Below, piece after piece: positions 48,506 through 58,550 of a DNA stretch of 64,000 nt. The stretch is from an uncultured Pseudomonadales bacterium (GTDB lineage: Bacteria; Patescibacteriota; Microgenomatia; UBA1400; PJMF01). Where the stretch lies: positions 1,929 through 65,928 of the forward strand of contig CAZIBX010000001.1 in assembly GCA_964537615.1 (NCBI GenBank), in the 5' to 3' direction. Under the pieces are notes generated by a model. It saw only the letters and a program-made list of their open reading frames with translations, was not told where the DNA came from and searched no databases. Position numbers and translations under genes: made by a program. Numbering within the stretch: the first letter of the stretch is position 1; every line of letters begins with the position of its first letter.

Positions 48506-49546
48506 ATGCTCAAATACAGTTTCTACAACGACTATTCAGAAGGGGCACACCCCAAGATTTTGCGATTATTGGAACAAACCAATGATCGTCAGGAAACGGG
48601 TTATGGATTGGACAGTTTTTGTCTGCAGGCCTCCGAGTTAATTAAGAAGGCGGTTGGGAATCAAGCTGTGGCGGTTCACTTTGTCTCTGGTGGAACCCAG
48701 GCCAACTTGATTTGTTTGAGCTCCATGCTGAACTCGTATCAGGCGGTGATCGCTCCTACATCTGGTCACATCAGTTTGCATGAGGCCGGCGCCATCGAGT
48801 CCACTGGTCACAAAATTATTGAGATTAAGGTTGAAGCCGGCAAGTTGACAGTAGACGAGATTCAAAAAATCGTCAAAGACCACGAGGACGAACACATGGT
48901 CCAGCCCAAGGTGGTCTCGATTGCCCAACCCACCGAGCTGGGGACACTTTACTCCAAAGCAGAGTTGACGGCTATATCCCAGTACTGTCATCAACACGGT
49001 CTGTACTTATATCTGGACGGGGCCCGACTTGGTTCGGCTTTGTGTAGTTCTGAAAATGACTTGACTTTGCCAGAGATCGCCCAGTTGGTAGATATGTTTT
49101 ACATCGGTGGCACCAAAAACGGAGCACTAATTGGTGAAGCGATTGTGATCTGTAGTCCTGATTTACAAAAAAACTTCCGGATTCACATCAAACAACGTGG
49201 CGCGCTACTGGCCAAGGGTAGGTTGATGGGACTGCAGTTTATGGCTTTGTTTACCGATAATCTGTACTTTGATCTAGCCAAACATGCCAACGCTCTGGCG
49301 ACTAAGTTGGTCAAAGGCATGTCTGATCTGGGATTTAAATTTTTGGTTGAATCAAGCACCAATCAGATTTTTCCGATTTTACCCAACTCTTTGATAGAAA
49401 AGTTACAAAAAGATTATGGCTTTTATGTTTGGTCTAAGGTCGATGAAGATCACTCGGTTATCCGGCTCGTCACCTCATGGGTTACGCCGGAGGAAAAGGT
49501 GGATGAGTTTTTGAATTTTATAAGCCAAGCCAAGAAGCTTGAGTAA
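48506..49546 (+). CDS. ltaE: Low-specificity L-threonine aldolase family PLP enzyme
   Basis: FYNDYSEGAHP, GGTQAN, HEAGAIE, TELGTLY, LDGARL, IGGTKNG, RLVTSW. Confidence 0.9.
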   Translation: MLKYSFYNDYSEGAHPKILRLLEQTNDRQETGYGLDSFCLQASELIKKAVGNQAVAVHFVSGGTQANLICLSSMLNSYQAVIAPTSGHISLHEAGAIESTGHKIIEIKVEAGKLTVDEIQKIVKDHEDEHMVQPKVVSIAQPTELGTLYSKAELTAISQYCHQHGLYLYLDGARLGSALCSSENDLTLPEIAQLVDMFYIGGTKNGALIGEAIVICSPDLQKNFRIHIKQRGALLAKGRLMGLQFMALFTDNLYFDLAKHANALATKLVKGMSDLGFKFLVESSTNQIFPILPNSLIEKLQKDYGFYVWSKVDEDHSVIRLVTSWVTPEEKVDEFLNFISQAKKLE

Positions 49547-49732
49547 TTTTCGACGAAAAAAAGCATTATTATCGCTGGACGAAACCACGATTAACAATGC
49601 TTTTTTCTTGGTGAGCGAAAAACAAGCATCTTGTCGGAGATGCACGCTCAACAACGCAAACAATACCAATAAATCTTATCTTTGTAAATTGCTACTTTAT
49701 ATCTCAAACTACTGCGTTATACTATCAAACTG

Positions 49733-49800
49733 ATGAAGGGTGAGTAGTGGAGGTTCGGTAGTTGGGCAGGCAGCCGGGCCTCTACTACCCACCTTTTATT
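49733..49800 (+). ncRNA. Candidate small hairpin RNA
   Basis: 49736-49758 pairs with 49774-49796 at 22 of 23 positions including 4 G-U; T-rich tail; TATACT/TACTAT just upstream. Confidence 0.4.
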
Positions 49801-49962
49801 TTTAAAATCCTACAATCAAATTACGCCCCATAATCTGGGTTTTTTGGTCAATTTTTTATTTTGGAGTCATTGATTAAAATTGGTGTTTATATCCTTACAC
49901 ATTTTTTCTATGATAAATCAGGTCGAAGTGATATTAGTTAGAGTTAGTTTTTTGACAAATTT

Positions 49963-51090
49963 ATGACAAACAAGCGCGCACAAGAGCAAAGTAGTGGTAG
50001 ATCAACGCCAGATTTTACTCAAGTTAATCCCGCCGCCCAGTGGTTGGTTAATAAAATGAGAAGATTGTTGCTTGGTTGGGGTCGAGTCAGCTATGAACTT
50101 TCTAGTCCTAAGATAGAACAATCTCATTTTATGGATCAAGGTCTGAAAAGCGTAGAAGTAAATGGCACTCGCTTGTCGTACTTGGAAGCCGGTAATCCCA
50201 AGAGTGAAAATAAGTATTGTTTAATTGCTGGCTGGCCAATTTCAGCTCCCAGCTGGGCTTTGTTAATGCAGGAAATGACTCCACCTGATGCCGATATTCA
50301 TTTGGTAGCCATTACTTTGCCCGGATTGGGGTCGTCTGATCCGATTGTTAATCGCCGAGGTGATATGGACATCAACCGAGACAGTTTAATTACAACTCTT
50401 AAGTCAGCTATAGGTGTAATTTTTAACCAAAATCAAGACAATCAGTCAGATAGGGACGTGCCAATCAACATTATTGGCCACTCAACCGGGGCTTTATTAG
50501 CGATGGTTTTGTTGGAAAAATATCCAGACAAAATTAAAGACATTACGGTCATGGCTCCTCCCTGGAGTCAGGAAAATCGAGACCAAATTCTTAATCACCA
50601 CTTACCTAGAACGGCGCTGTATAAGTTTTTGCGGTCACAACAATGGGTTCTGGCTTTGGCTAGAAAAAATACAATTCACAATTTGGTTTCTGGTTTTATG
50701 TTGGATGTTTATAAACAAAAATATGGTTATTTAACGACTGACCATCAAGAGTTTTTAAGTAAATTGGTTGCTGATATGGAAAAAATGCACATGCAGGCGG
50801 CTTTGCAGTTGGCCAGTGTTGTGCTGGAAGGAGGAGATTGGATTGATATCGGTAAAATTAAGGAGGTTTTGGCCCAAGGTGGGCATCAGATTAAGTTGGT
50901 TTTTGGTCAACACGATAGGGCAGTTGATCCCACTACTACCAGAGCTTTGTACCAACAGTTAACTAATCAAAACACCGGTGATCCGAATAATTTCGGAATA
51001 ACCTCGGTGGTGCTAGTAGAAGTCCGGGGGGCCGGTCACGATATGGTATTCTCGCACACGGCTCAACTAGCAGATATTGTTTTATCATGA
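49963..51090 (+). CDS. Alpha/beta-fold hydrolase
   Basis: AGWP, LPGLGSS, GHSTG nucleophile elbow, GQHDRAV, GAGH. Confidence 0.9.
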   Translation: MTNKRAQEQSSGRSTPDFTQVNPAAQWLVNKMRRLLLGWGRVSYELSSPKIEQSHFMDQGLKSVEVNGTRLSYLEAGNPKSENKYCLIAGWPISAPSWALLMQEMTPPDADIHLVAITLPGLGSSDPIVNRRGDMDINRDSLITTLKSAIGVIFNQNQDNQSDRDVPINIIGHSTGALLAMVLLEKYPDKIKDITVMAPPWSQENRDQILNHHLPRTALYKFLRSQQWVLALARKNTIHNLVSGFMLDVYKQKYGYLTTDHQEFLSKLVADMEKMHMQAALQLASVVLEGGDWIDIGKIKEVLAQGGHQIKLVFGQHDRAVDPTTTRALYQQLTNQNTGDPNNFGITSVVLVEVRGAGHDMVFSHTAQLADIVLS

Positions 51091-51842
51091 AAATCGTCTC
51101 TCTCAATCTCTGGAACGGCGGGCGCTTATTTGATCAAGCTAGGGATTTTTTGGTTAGTCAAAATGCAGATATTTATTTGTTGCAAGAAGTCTACAATGGA
51201 CACGGCACAAACTTAGAAGCTAGATTTCGGACGGCCGATTTACTACGCCAGACTTTCTCCAATTATGACCACTTTTTTGCCCCCTTTTATTTAGACACCC
51301 GGCCCAAAGAAGGCAAGATTGAAGACGGTCAATTGATGATTTCCCGCCGGCCTTTGTCCAATCAACAAATGATTTGGTTTGATGTGCCGTTTGGCGAGTA
51401 TGACATCGATGCCATGACCGATTTTTCTAACTCACCGGCCGGTGTGCAAAAAGCCCAGGTTGAGTTTGAAGGCAAAAACATAACTTTATTAAACGTTCAT
51501 GGGCCTTGGAATTTGGATGGTTTGGCTGATACAACCAGACGCCAGACGATGCGGGACAAGCTTCTGGCCGAGGCAGGGGAGTACACGATTATGGCCGGCG
51601 ACTTCAATGCTCAAACTGATGCACCGGCTATGCGTGATCTGGGCAAAGAATTAGTTAATGTTTTTGGTCACAATCAAGCCACCAGCTTTAATTTGTCCAG
51701 AAAAGACCTGGATAAGTTTCCAGGATACGCCACTGCGGTGGTGGACATGATGTTTGTCACCCCCAATTTACACATAATATCCAAACAAATGCCCCAAGTA
51801 GATGTATCAGATCACTTGCCTTTGGTGGTGGAAGTAGAGTAA
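51087..51842 (+). CDS. Endonuclease/exonuclease/phosphatase family protein
   Basis: SLNLW, LQEV, NVHG, GDFN, DMMF, SDHLP. Confidence 0.92.
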   Translation: MKIVSLNLWNGGRLFDQARDFLVSQNADIYLLQEVYNGHGTNLEARFRTADLLRQTFSNYDHFFAPFYLDTRPKEGKIEDGQLMISRRPLSNQQMIWFDVPFGEYDIDAMTDFSNSPAGVQKAQVEFEGKNITLLNVHGPWNLDGLADTTRRQTMRDKLLAEAGEYTIMAGDFNAQTDAPAMRDLGKELVNVFGHNQATSFNLSRKDLDKFPGYATAVVDMMFVTPNLHIISKQMPQVDVSDHLPLVVEVE

Positions 51843-51846
51843 AAAA

Positions 51847-51874
51847 TTGACACAGATGATAACTGGAGTACAAT
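51847..51874 (+). promoter_or_regulatory. Sigma70-type promoter of rho
   Basis: TTGACA-16-TACAAT; GAGGAGG RBS before ATG 51972. Confidence 0.65.
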
Positions 51875-51971
51875 AAGCCCTGTTCTCCGCTTTTTATATA
51901 CTTTGGCTAGATTTTTTTGCTCATGCATCTTTATTTCCGTATCAGGTAGCTATTGAGGAGGGTCAATTATC

Positions 51972-53402
51972 ATGACCAGTGACAACAAACCCAAAACTAG
52001 AAAACTGCCACCCGTTGAGCCACTAAAAGCTCACAAGGCAGTTACGCCTCCTATTCCTACACCATCAACCGCCGCTCCAGACGTTGACAAGTCCCAATCG
52101 CCGGTCAGCTCGTCTGTCAGCGAACCTGCTCCGGTTACGCCTTTACCCACTCCCACCCCGCCACCTGTGATTGAGCCTTCATCTAAGTCAACACCTACAC
52201 AGTCGGCTGCACCCACATCGGTAACACCTCAACCTTCACCGGTGCGCAGTATGCCCACTTTTGCTACAGAAAGTGTCGGCACAATTACCGGCGTTTTGGA
52301 TTTGTCCAGAGAAGGTCATGGGGTAGTGCGTGAGGGTTACAGCGAGGATGACAACGATGCTTATATTTCTACTGCCTTGGTCCGGCGCTTTAACCTCCGA
52401 CCGGGTGATGTGGTGACCGGGCCGGTACGCCGACCCAAAGATAACGAGCGCTACTACGGCCTGATCAACATCGACAAAATCAATGGTTTGGATCTGGATG
52501 AGTGGATGAAAAAAGGCCCCCGAGTCAGATTTTATAAACTGACGCCGGTTTATCCCGACTCCCAGATTAAACTGGAAATTGGTGATGAACCACTATCACT
52601 GCGTATCATCGATCTGGTTGCCCCGATCGGTAAAGGTCAGCGGGCACTGATTGTGTCACCGCCTAAGGCGGGTAAAACCACTTTGCTCAAAGACATCGCC
52701 ACCGGTGTCGCCAAAAACCACCCCGAAATTCACGTCATGGCGGTTTTGGTGGGCGAGAGACCAGAGGAAGTGACTGACATCAGGCGTCATATCGACAAAA
52801 TTACTGCCGGCAAAGGTGAGGTGGCGGCCAGCAACTTTGATGAATCAGCCAAAGACCAGTGTCGAGCTGCCGAGCTGGCCTTGGAAAGAGCCAAAAGAAT
52901 GGTCGAAATGGGTCAAGATGTTTTAATTTTACTGGACTCCATCACTCGGTTGGCTCGAGCTTATAATCTAGCCATTCCGACTTCTGGCAGAACTTTGTCA
53001 GGTGGTTTTGATCCGGAGGCGTTATTTCCGCCCAAGCAGTTTTTTGGGGCGGCCCGCAACTTCGAGGTGCCGGGTAGCTTGACGATTGTTGGTACGGCCC
53101 TAGTCGATACGGGATCAAGAATGGATGATCTGGTTTATGAAGAGTTCAAAGGTACCGGCAATCAGGAAATTCACTTATCCCGCAAACTGGCTGAACGCCG
53201 GATTTATCCCAGTATCGAAGTCCAGAAGTCTGGTACCAGGCGCGATGATTTGTTGATGGACTCGATGACTTACCAATCCATCATTACATTACAACGCATG
53301 TTGGATATGATAGATAAAGAGGAACGGACCGTCACGCTGATCGAACAGATGAAGCGGACCAAAACCAACAAAGAATTTTTGGCCTCTCTCAAGGCAGGAT
53401 AA
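51972..53402 (+). CDS. rho: Transcription termination factor Rho with Pro-rich N-terminus
   Basis: [48 protein letters not shown]. Confidence 0.98.
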   Translation: MTSDNKPKTRKLPPVEPLKAHKAVTPPIPTPSTAAPDVDKSQSPVSSSVSEPAPVTPLPTPTPPPVIEPSSKSTPTQSAAPTSVTPQPSPVRSMPTFATESVGTITGVLDLSREGHGVVREGYSEDDNDAYISTALVRRFNLRPGDVVTGPVRRPKDNERYYGLINIDKINGLDLDEWMKKGPRVRFYKLTPVYPDSQIKLEIGDEPLSLRIIDLVAPIGKGQRALIVSPPKAGKTTLLKDIATGVAKNHPEIHVMAVLVGERPEEVTDIRRHIDKITAGKGEVAASNFDESAKDQCRAAELALERAKRMVEMGQDVLILLDSITRLARAYNLAIPTSGRTLSGGFDPEALFPPKQFFGAARNFEVPGSLTIVGTALVDTGSRMDDLVYEEFKGTGNQEIHLSRKLAERRIYPSIEVQKSGTRRDDLLMDSMTYQSIITLQRMLDMIDKEERTVTLIEQMKRTKTNKEFLASLKAG

Positions 53403-53404
53403 CT

Positions 53405-54535
53405 ATGTCACGGCCACGCGCCCAGACTCCAGGACAAATCTTAATAGCTGATATCAGGGCTTTTGGTCGATTTTTGTATTGGTATAGTAAAAATCGTAGT
53501 TACCGCTGGTTCGTCCGGTTTGAGTCGGTCAAGGACATCCTAGTTGATGTGTTATATAAAAAAAGAGGGCGTTATGGTCGGCCAGTTCTACATGTGGCTA
53601 CGATTGGCTTAGTTTTTGCTGTGATGTCGATGGGACCTTTGGTCTTTAATCAGGGCGAGGAAAGTCAAAATCAACAAGCCGGCAGAACCCTTTTGGCCAA
53701 CAATGTTTATGGTTCCAGTTTTTATACCCAGCAGGCAGAGGAAGTCCGCCAGTTCCGAGGTGGTCAAGTCATCACTCACACCGTGGCTGAAGGCGACACG
53801 GTCAGTTCTATCGCTACCAGATATGGATTACAGCCAGATACCATCATTTGGGAAAATAATTTAGCCAAAACCGCCAAACTTAAACCGGGTGACGAGCTAA
53901 GGATTTTACCTCTGGATGGTGTACGTCACAAAGTCAGTCGGGGTGAAACGATTTACTCGATCGGCAAAAAATATGGGTTGGAAGGATCTGAAGTCCAGGT
54001 GATAGTCGACTATCCTTTTAATGAGTTTCTCAACGATGAGACGTTTGAGTTGGCGACAGGTCAGTGGTTGATGGTACCAGATGGTACTATGCCGACAGCT
54101 GTGGCTGGTAGTCAGCCGGGATTGCCGGGCCGGACTGTGGTCAAAACCCCAGACGCGGGTAGTGTGACGGCTACCGGCAACTTCGTTTGGCCGGCAGCCG
54201 GCGGTATTTCCCAGGGATATCGGTTCTATCATAAAGCTATCGATATTGCCAACAAATCTGGCGGTCCGATTTTAGCTGCCGACTCTGGTACCGTGGTAGT
54301 GGCTGGTTGGGTCGATAACTCCGGTTATGGTAACCGCATCATGATCGATCACGGCAACGGTTATGTCACCCTATATGGCCACTTGAGCGTGGTTCAGGTC
54401 AGTGTGGGGCAGAGAGTTAATAGAGGTGATGTCATCGGTCAGATGGGTTCCACCGGCCGGTCAACCGGTACCCACTTACACTTCGAGATTCGTCAGGGTA
54501 GTGTTTTATTAAGTCCGCTATCATTTTTACAGTAA
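53405..54535 (+). CDS. LysM x2 + M23 peptidase membrane protein
   Basis: TM helix; HTVAEGDTVSSIA, HKVSRGETIYSI; HKAIDIA, YGHL, STGTHLHFE. Confidence 0.93.
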   Translation: MSRPRAQTPGQILIADIRAFGRFLYWYSKNRSYRWFVRFESVKDILVDVLYKKRGRYGRPVLHVATIGLVFAVMSMGPLVFNQGEESQNQQAGRTLLANNVYGSSFYTQQAEEVRQFRGGQVITHTVAEGDTVSSIATRYGLQPDTIIWENNLAKTAKLKPGDELRILPLDGVRHKVSRGETIYSIGKKYGLEGSEVQVIVDYPFNEFLNDETFELATGQWLMVPDGTMPTAVAGSQPGLPGRTVVKTPDAGSVTATGNFVWPAAGGISQGYRFYHKAIDIANKSGGPILAADSGTVVVAGWVDNSGYGNRIMIDHGNGYVTLYGHLSVVQVSVGQRVNRGDVIGQMGSTGRSTGTHLHFEIRQGSVLLSPLSFLQ

Positions 54536-54545
54536 GAAGGAAGTT

Positions 54546-55769
54546 ATGGTTGACTGCGTTCAGTTTATAGCTCAAGCCGGCGACGGCGGTCATGGTCGAG
54601 TCTCCTTTTTGCGCGACAAGATGAGTCCCAAGGGTGGTCCAGATGGTGGCTGGGGTGGTGATGGTGGTCAGATTTGGATAGAAGCATCCAGCCAGTTGGC
54701 TACTCTGGCTCATTTGTCTGGAGTTAAACAAATCACTGCTTCTGCCGGCAATCCCGGCGGCAGTCAAAATCAAAGAGGCAAAAATGGTCAAGACCAGACT
54801 ATTTTGGTGCCCATTGGGACTTTGGTTTGGGTTTTTAGTCAAAACTCTATCGCCAGCTTTCGCCAGCGGGTTTATCAAGATCAAGTTATCCCGCGTGACC
54901 AGCAACATCTTAAACAGTACCATCTGGTCAAACCGGGTAGTCCGCCCCCGCCTGACGATCAAACTAACAGACATCAACTTAATTCAGTTTTAAATCCCGA
55001 TAATCATCTGGCACAAGCCGAGTTAAAAAATAAAAAAACATCGGTTTACGGAGTTTATTTGACAGAATTGACGACAGAGGGGCAAAAATATTTACTCTGT
55101 CAGGGTGGGTATGGGGGAAGGGGCAACACGGCTTTCAAAGGCCCGGCTATGCAGGTGCCCATGATGGCGGAGTGGGGCGGTCCAGCCGAAGTCAAGGAAG
55201 TAGTTTTGGAGTTGAAGCTTCTGGCTGATGTGGCTTTTGTAGGCCTGCCTAGTGTCGGTAAAAGCACTTTATTATCCGCTCTGACTCCAGCCAGACCCAA
55301 GATCGCCAGCTATCCCTTTACCACTCTGGAGCCCCAGCTGGGAGTTTTGCGCCATGATAACAAAGAGTGGATACTAGCCGATATTCCCGGTGTCATCAAA
55401 GATGCTCATCTGGGCAAAGGTTTGGGTATCCAGTTTTTACGTCATTTAGATCGTTGTGCCGGTTTATGTTATGTCTTATCACCGGAGGAATATGAAGTCC
55501 TGCAAAACCCTGATCCGACAGATTTGGCTCGTATTTTGATAGATCAACTCCAACTTCTCCAGAAAGAATTGGCTTATCATGATCAAGCTTTGGTTGCCAA
55601 ACCATACTTGGTGGTTATCTCCAAAGCCGATCTCTACCCATTACCACTGCGTCAACAAGTTTTGCATGCTTTGACAGATCAAAACGTTTCAGCCACCTTT
55701 GTCAGTGCGCCACTACATGAGGGAACAGATGAGTTGGTCAAGCAGTTAATTGCTTTTTCGCCTCGATAG
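54546..55769 (+). CDS. obgE: GTPase ObgE
   Basis: GGPDGGWGGDGG, LELKLLADV, GLPSVGKST, YPFTTLEP, DIPG. Confidence 0.95.
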   Translation: MVDCVQFIAQAGDGGHGRVSFLRDKMSPKGGPDGGWGGDGGQIWIEASSQLATLAHLSGVKQITASAGNPGGSQNQRGKNGQDQTILVPIGTLVWVFSQNSIASFRQRVYQDQVIPRDQQHLKQYHLVKPGSPPPPDDQTNRHQLNSVLNPDNHLAQAELKNKKTSVYGVYLTELTTEGQKYLLCQGGYGGRGNTAFKGPAMQVPMMAEWGGPAEVKEVVLELKLLADVAFVGLPSVGKSTLLSALTPARPKIASYPFTTLEPQLGVLRHDNKEWILADIPGVIKDAHLGKGLGIQFLRHLDRCAGLCYVLSPEEYEVLQNPDPTDLARILIDQLQLLQKELAYHDQALVAKPYLVVISKADLYPLPLRQQVLHALTDQNVSATFVSAPLHEGTDELVKQLIAFSPR

Positions 55770-55838
55770 TATCAGCTAGCTATTTTTACACCCACGTCTG
55801 TTTTAACTAAGTCGGCTGGGTTACATACAGACTCAATT

Positions 55839-57932
55839 TTAAGGCTTTGTGGTAGGAGTAGGGGTCTTCGCGCTGATGGAGGCCGTGTTCACCTCCAAAC
55901 CACTGGCTTGATTAACCACTTGTTGTGAGCTTTGAGTCACGTTTTGGGAGGTAATACTCTGGCCGCCTAGTAGTTTGCCGGATTGAGTTGATTCTTGTCG
56001 AGTGACGATGGCCTTATCTAGTTCTTCCAGTTGTTTATTAACGCTGATGTAGTCATCGCTCTCTGGTTTGAGTAAGTTGAGAGCGTTGTTATAACTGGTT
56101 TTGGCCGCCTGCAGATCACCGGCTTGATTGAGGGCCACGGCCAGATTAAAGTGAGCATTGGCCAGATCCGGTTTAAGACTCACGGCTTGGTTAAAAAACG
56201 GCACGGCTTGTTGTGGCTGGTTATTGGCCAGAAAGATACCACCCAAAGTAATCCTTAAATTGGGGTCACTGGGGCTGGTCTCTATAGCTTTGACGTAGGC
56301 CTGGACCGCCCATTCCCGAGCATCTGGGGCTGTACTGATCATGTTTTGGTAGATTTGGGCCAAAACCTGCCAGTTTTGAGTATCTTGAGGATCAAGTGTG
56401 GCCGCCGCCCTGGCTTCTCTGATGGCTTGTTGGAGTAGGGTAGCAGTTTGGTTTCTATCTTCTGTTGTCGCATCGGTTTTATTGGACAAACTGGCTGCCA
56501 AAAGTAAGTTGGTTAAGGCGAAACGCCGACGGTTGATGTCCAGATATTGGTTGAGCTGAACAGAGGCCAGGTTATTGTTATAAACCCCCACTCCGTCGTT
56601 GCTGTTGGCCGCCATAGTGGCACGATAAGCGTAGACTTGAGATACGTAGGTGCGTCCCACCAGGTAAATTAAAAAGCCCAGACCCAGCACTACAACTGTA
56701 GCCAAACCAACACTGACAGGACTGAAGTGAGGTTGATTGGTTTGAGTGCGGTTTAATAATCTGGTTAGTAAGTTTTGGTTGCTGTCTGCAGATTGCAGTT
56801 CCAACTTAATCAAGTGTTGTGACAATTTACCATGTCTGGCCCAGACTGCCAAAAACACCGCCAACAGAGACAGTAAAACCGGATTGGGAGGAGTCAGTAC
56901 CAGCAGTCCCAGTAATGTCAGTGTTCCCCAGACGATCGGTTTGACATCGGGTTCTAGTTTGTTTTTGCCTACGGCTTTGACCAGACCTACTACAAACCAC
57001 AACCAGACCACCAGGCCGGCCAAACCCAGGGTGGGCACGATGGTTAGTGGCCAGTTATTGGCTGTACCAAACTGCAAAGCCCAGTTGTTGGTGCCATTTA
57101 CCCAAGCAGGTCGGTAAAGTAAGTATAAGTTGGAGTAACTAGCCGGGCCGTGACCAAAAAGGGCTGATCTGGGTTCTCGCATGCTATCCAGGGCGATGGA
57201 CCAGGACGCTTTCCAGTCTGGCAGAGACAGTTGGGCTGGCTTGTCACTCCATAAAATCCAGACTTGAATGGCCAAACCCACCACCACAATAGGCAGAGTA
57301 ATCAACCAAAATTTGGACTTAAAGTTTTGTTGCCATAGTGAAACAATGCCCACCACACCGGCTACCAGACAAACCTCAATTCCCACCAAGATTGATCCCG
57401 TCAGACTGAAACCAGGTGTGTTGGCAATTTGCAGTCCAGAAATTTGCTGTAATACCAAACTGGGGCCAAAACCGGCCGCCTGGGCCAGAGCCATTATGCC
57501 CAGTCCGGCTCCGGTTATGCCTATCGTCCAACTGATTTGATTGGCCGAGTGACTGGTCAGCAGTGGACTAAGAGTGATAGTCAACAACATCAACCCAGTC
57601 ATTACTCCTCCCATGCCCAGCAGTGACTCGATCGGGTAGGGGCTGGCCAGGAAAGTGCTGACCAGGTACATCAGGCCAAATACAAACCAAGGCAACAAAA
57701 ATGGCGCAGATGACAGCTCCAATTTTCTTTGATATAAGCTTTTGATCAAAAATCCTCCCAAACTGATCAAACCAACCAGGAAAATCAGGTAGTATTTAGT
57801 TTGATTCAGGGGATTATCCGTAAACGGAACAATTAAAAACACACTGGTAATAATCAAAACAACTGCCAAAAACAAACCCAACAGCTCAAAAGCTGGGGAG
57901 TGATTTTTGGGTGAAAAAATGGAGTTAAACAT
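55839..57932 (-). CDS. O-antigen-ligase-like polytopic membrane protein with C-terminal TPR repeats
   Basis: About 11 TM helices; WSIALDSMREPRSALFGHGPASY and NWPLTIVPTLGLAG resemble Wzy_C; TPR tail. ATG 57932 follows TTGCGC-17-TATACT. Confidence 0.7.
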   Translation of the reverse strand: MFNSIFSPKNHSPAFELLGLFLAVVLIITSVFLIVPFTDNPLNQTKYYLIFLVGLISLGGFLIKSLYQRKLELSSAPFLLPWFVFGLMYLVSTFLASPYPIESLLGMGGVMTGLMLLTITLSPLLTSHSANQISWTIGITGAGLGIMALAQAAGFGPSLVLQQISGLQIANTPGFSLTGSILVGIEVCLVAGVVGIVSLWQQNFKSKFWLITLPIVVVGLAIQVWILWSDKPAQLSLPDWKASWSIALDSMREPRSALFGHGPASYSNLYLLYRPAWVNGTNNWALQFGTANNWPLTIVPTLGLAGLVVWLWFVVGLVKAVGKNKLEPDVKPIVWGTLTLLGLLVLTPPNPVLLSLLAVFLAVWARHGKLSQHLIKLELQSADSNQNLLTRLLNRTQTNQPHFSPVSVGLATVVVLGLGFLIYLVGRTYVSQVYAYRATMAANSNDGVGVYNNNLASVQLNQYLDINRRRFALTNLLLAASLSNKTDATTEDRNQTATLLQQAIREARAAATLDPQDTQNWQVLAQIYQNMISTAPDAREWAVQAYVKAIETSPSDPNLRITLGGIFLANNQPQQAVPFFNQAVSLKPDLANAHFNLAVALNQAGDLQAAKTSYNNALNLLKPESDDYISVNKQLEELDKAIVTRQESTQSGKLLGGQSITSQNVTQSSQQVVNQASGLEVNTASISAKTPTPTTKP

Positions 57933-57996
57933 ACCGGTCCAGTATAGCAATCCAAGGGCTGTGGCGCAAGCCCAAAATAATATACAATCTTAAACT

Positions 57997-58482
57997 GTGA
58001 GCAGACAATCCAAGGGTTTTACTTTGATCGAAATTTTGATAACTGTGGCTGTTTTGGCCGTTTTGATTGTAGTGGGAATTTGGTCGATGCGCAGTTATAT
58101 TTATCGGGCTCAAGATGCTCGGCGCAAATCGGACTTAACCAAACTTAAACAGATTTTTCAGGATTACTACAACGATCATGGCGAGTATCCTCCGACTGAT
58201 GTTTTGCAAAACTACTGTCAAAATGGCTCCAATCCGGTGTTAAGCTCTTACCGAACCCAACTGGCTTGTGACCCGGTAACTAAACAAGCGTATTTATACT
58301 TCACCTATCCTGACTCCACCACTCGTACGGCTGGATTTCGCTTGATGACCCGGCTACACAATTTGGATGACCCGGCCATCACTCAACTCAAGTGTCAACC
58401 TGATCAGGGTTGTGGCTTGGGCTTGGGATATGAGGCCTATGTTTATGGTGTGTCGGAGGGTGTGCCGGTCAGTGCGTTGTAA
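57997..58482 (+). CDS. Type IV pilin / GspG-like pseudopilin
   Basis: KGFTLIEILI prepilin site; RAQDARRKSDL..YYNDHGEYP. Confidence 0.92.
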   Translation: MSRQSKGFTLIEILITVAVLAVLIVVGIWSMRSYIYRAQDARRKSDLTKLKQIFQDYYNDHGEYPPTDVLQNYCQNGSNPVLSSYRTQLACDPVTKQAYLYFTYPDSTTRTAGFRLMTRLHNLDDPAITQLKCQPDQGCGLGLGYEAYVYGVSEGVPVSAL

Positions 58483-58550
58483 TTTGCACCTGATTGAGTT
58501 TGGGCCTACAATGAGTTGGGTTAACTTCCAACTGAATTAGCCCTGAAATT

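Noticed and set aside
49576-49800. Hammerhead ribozyme (GGACGAAAC and CTGATGA both present)
   Set aside because: The segments needed for stem II do not pair.
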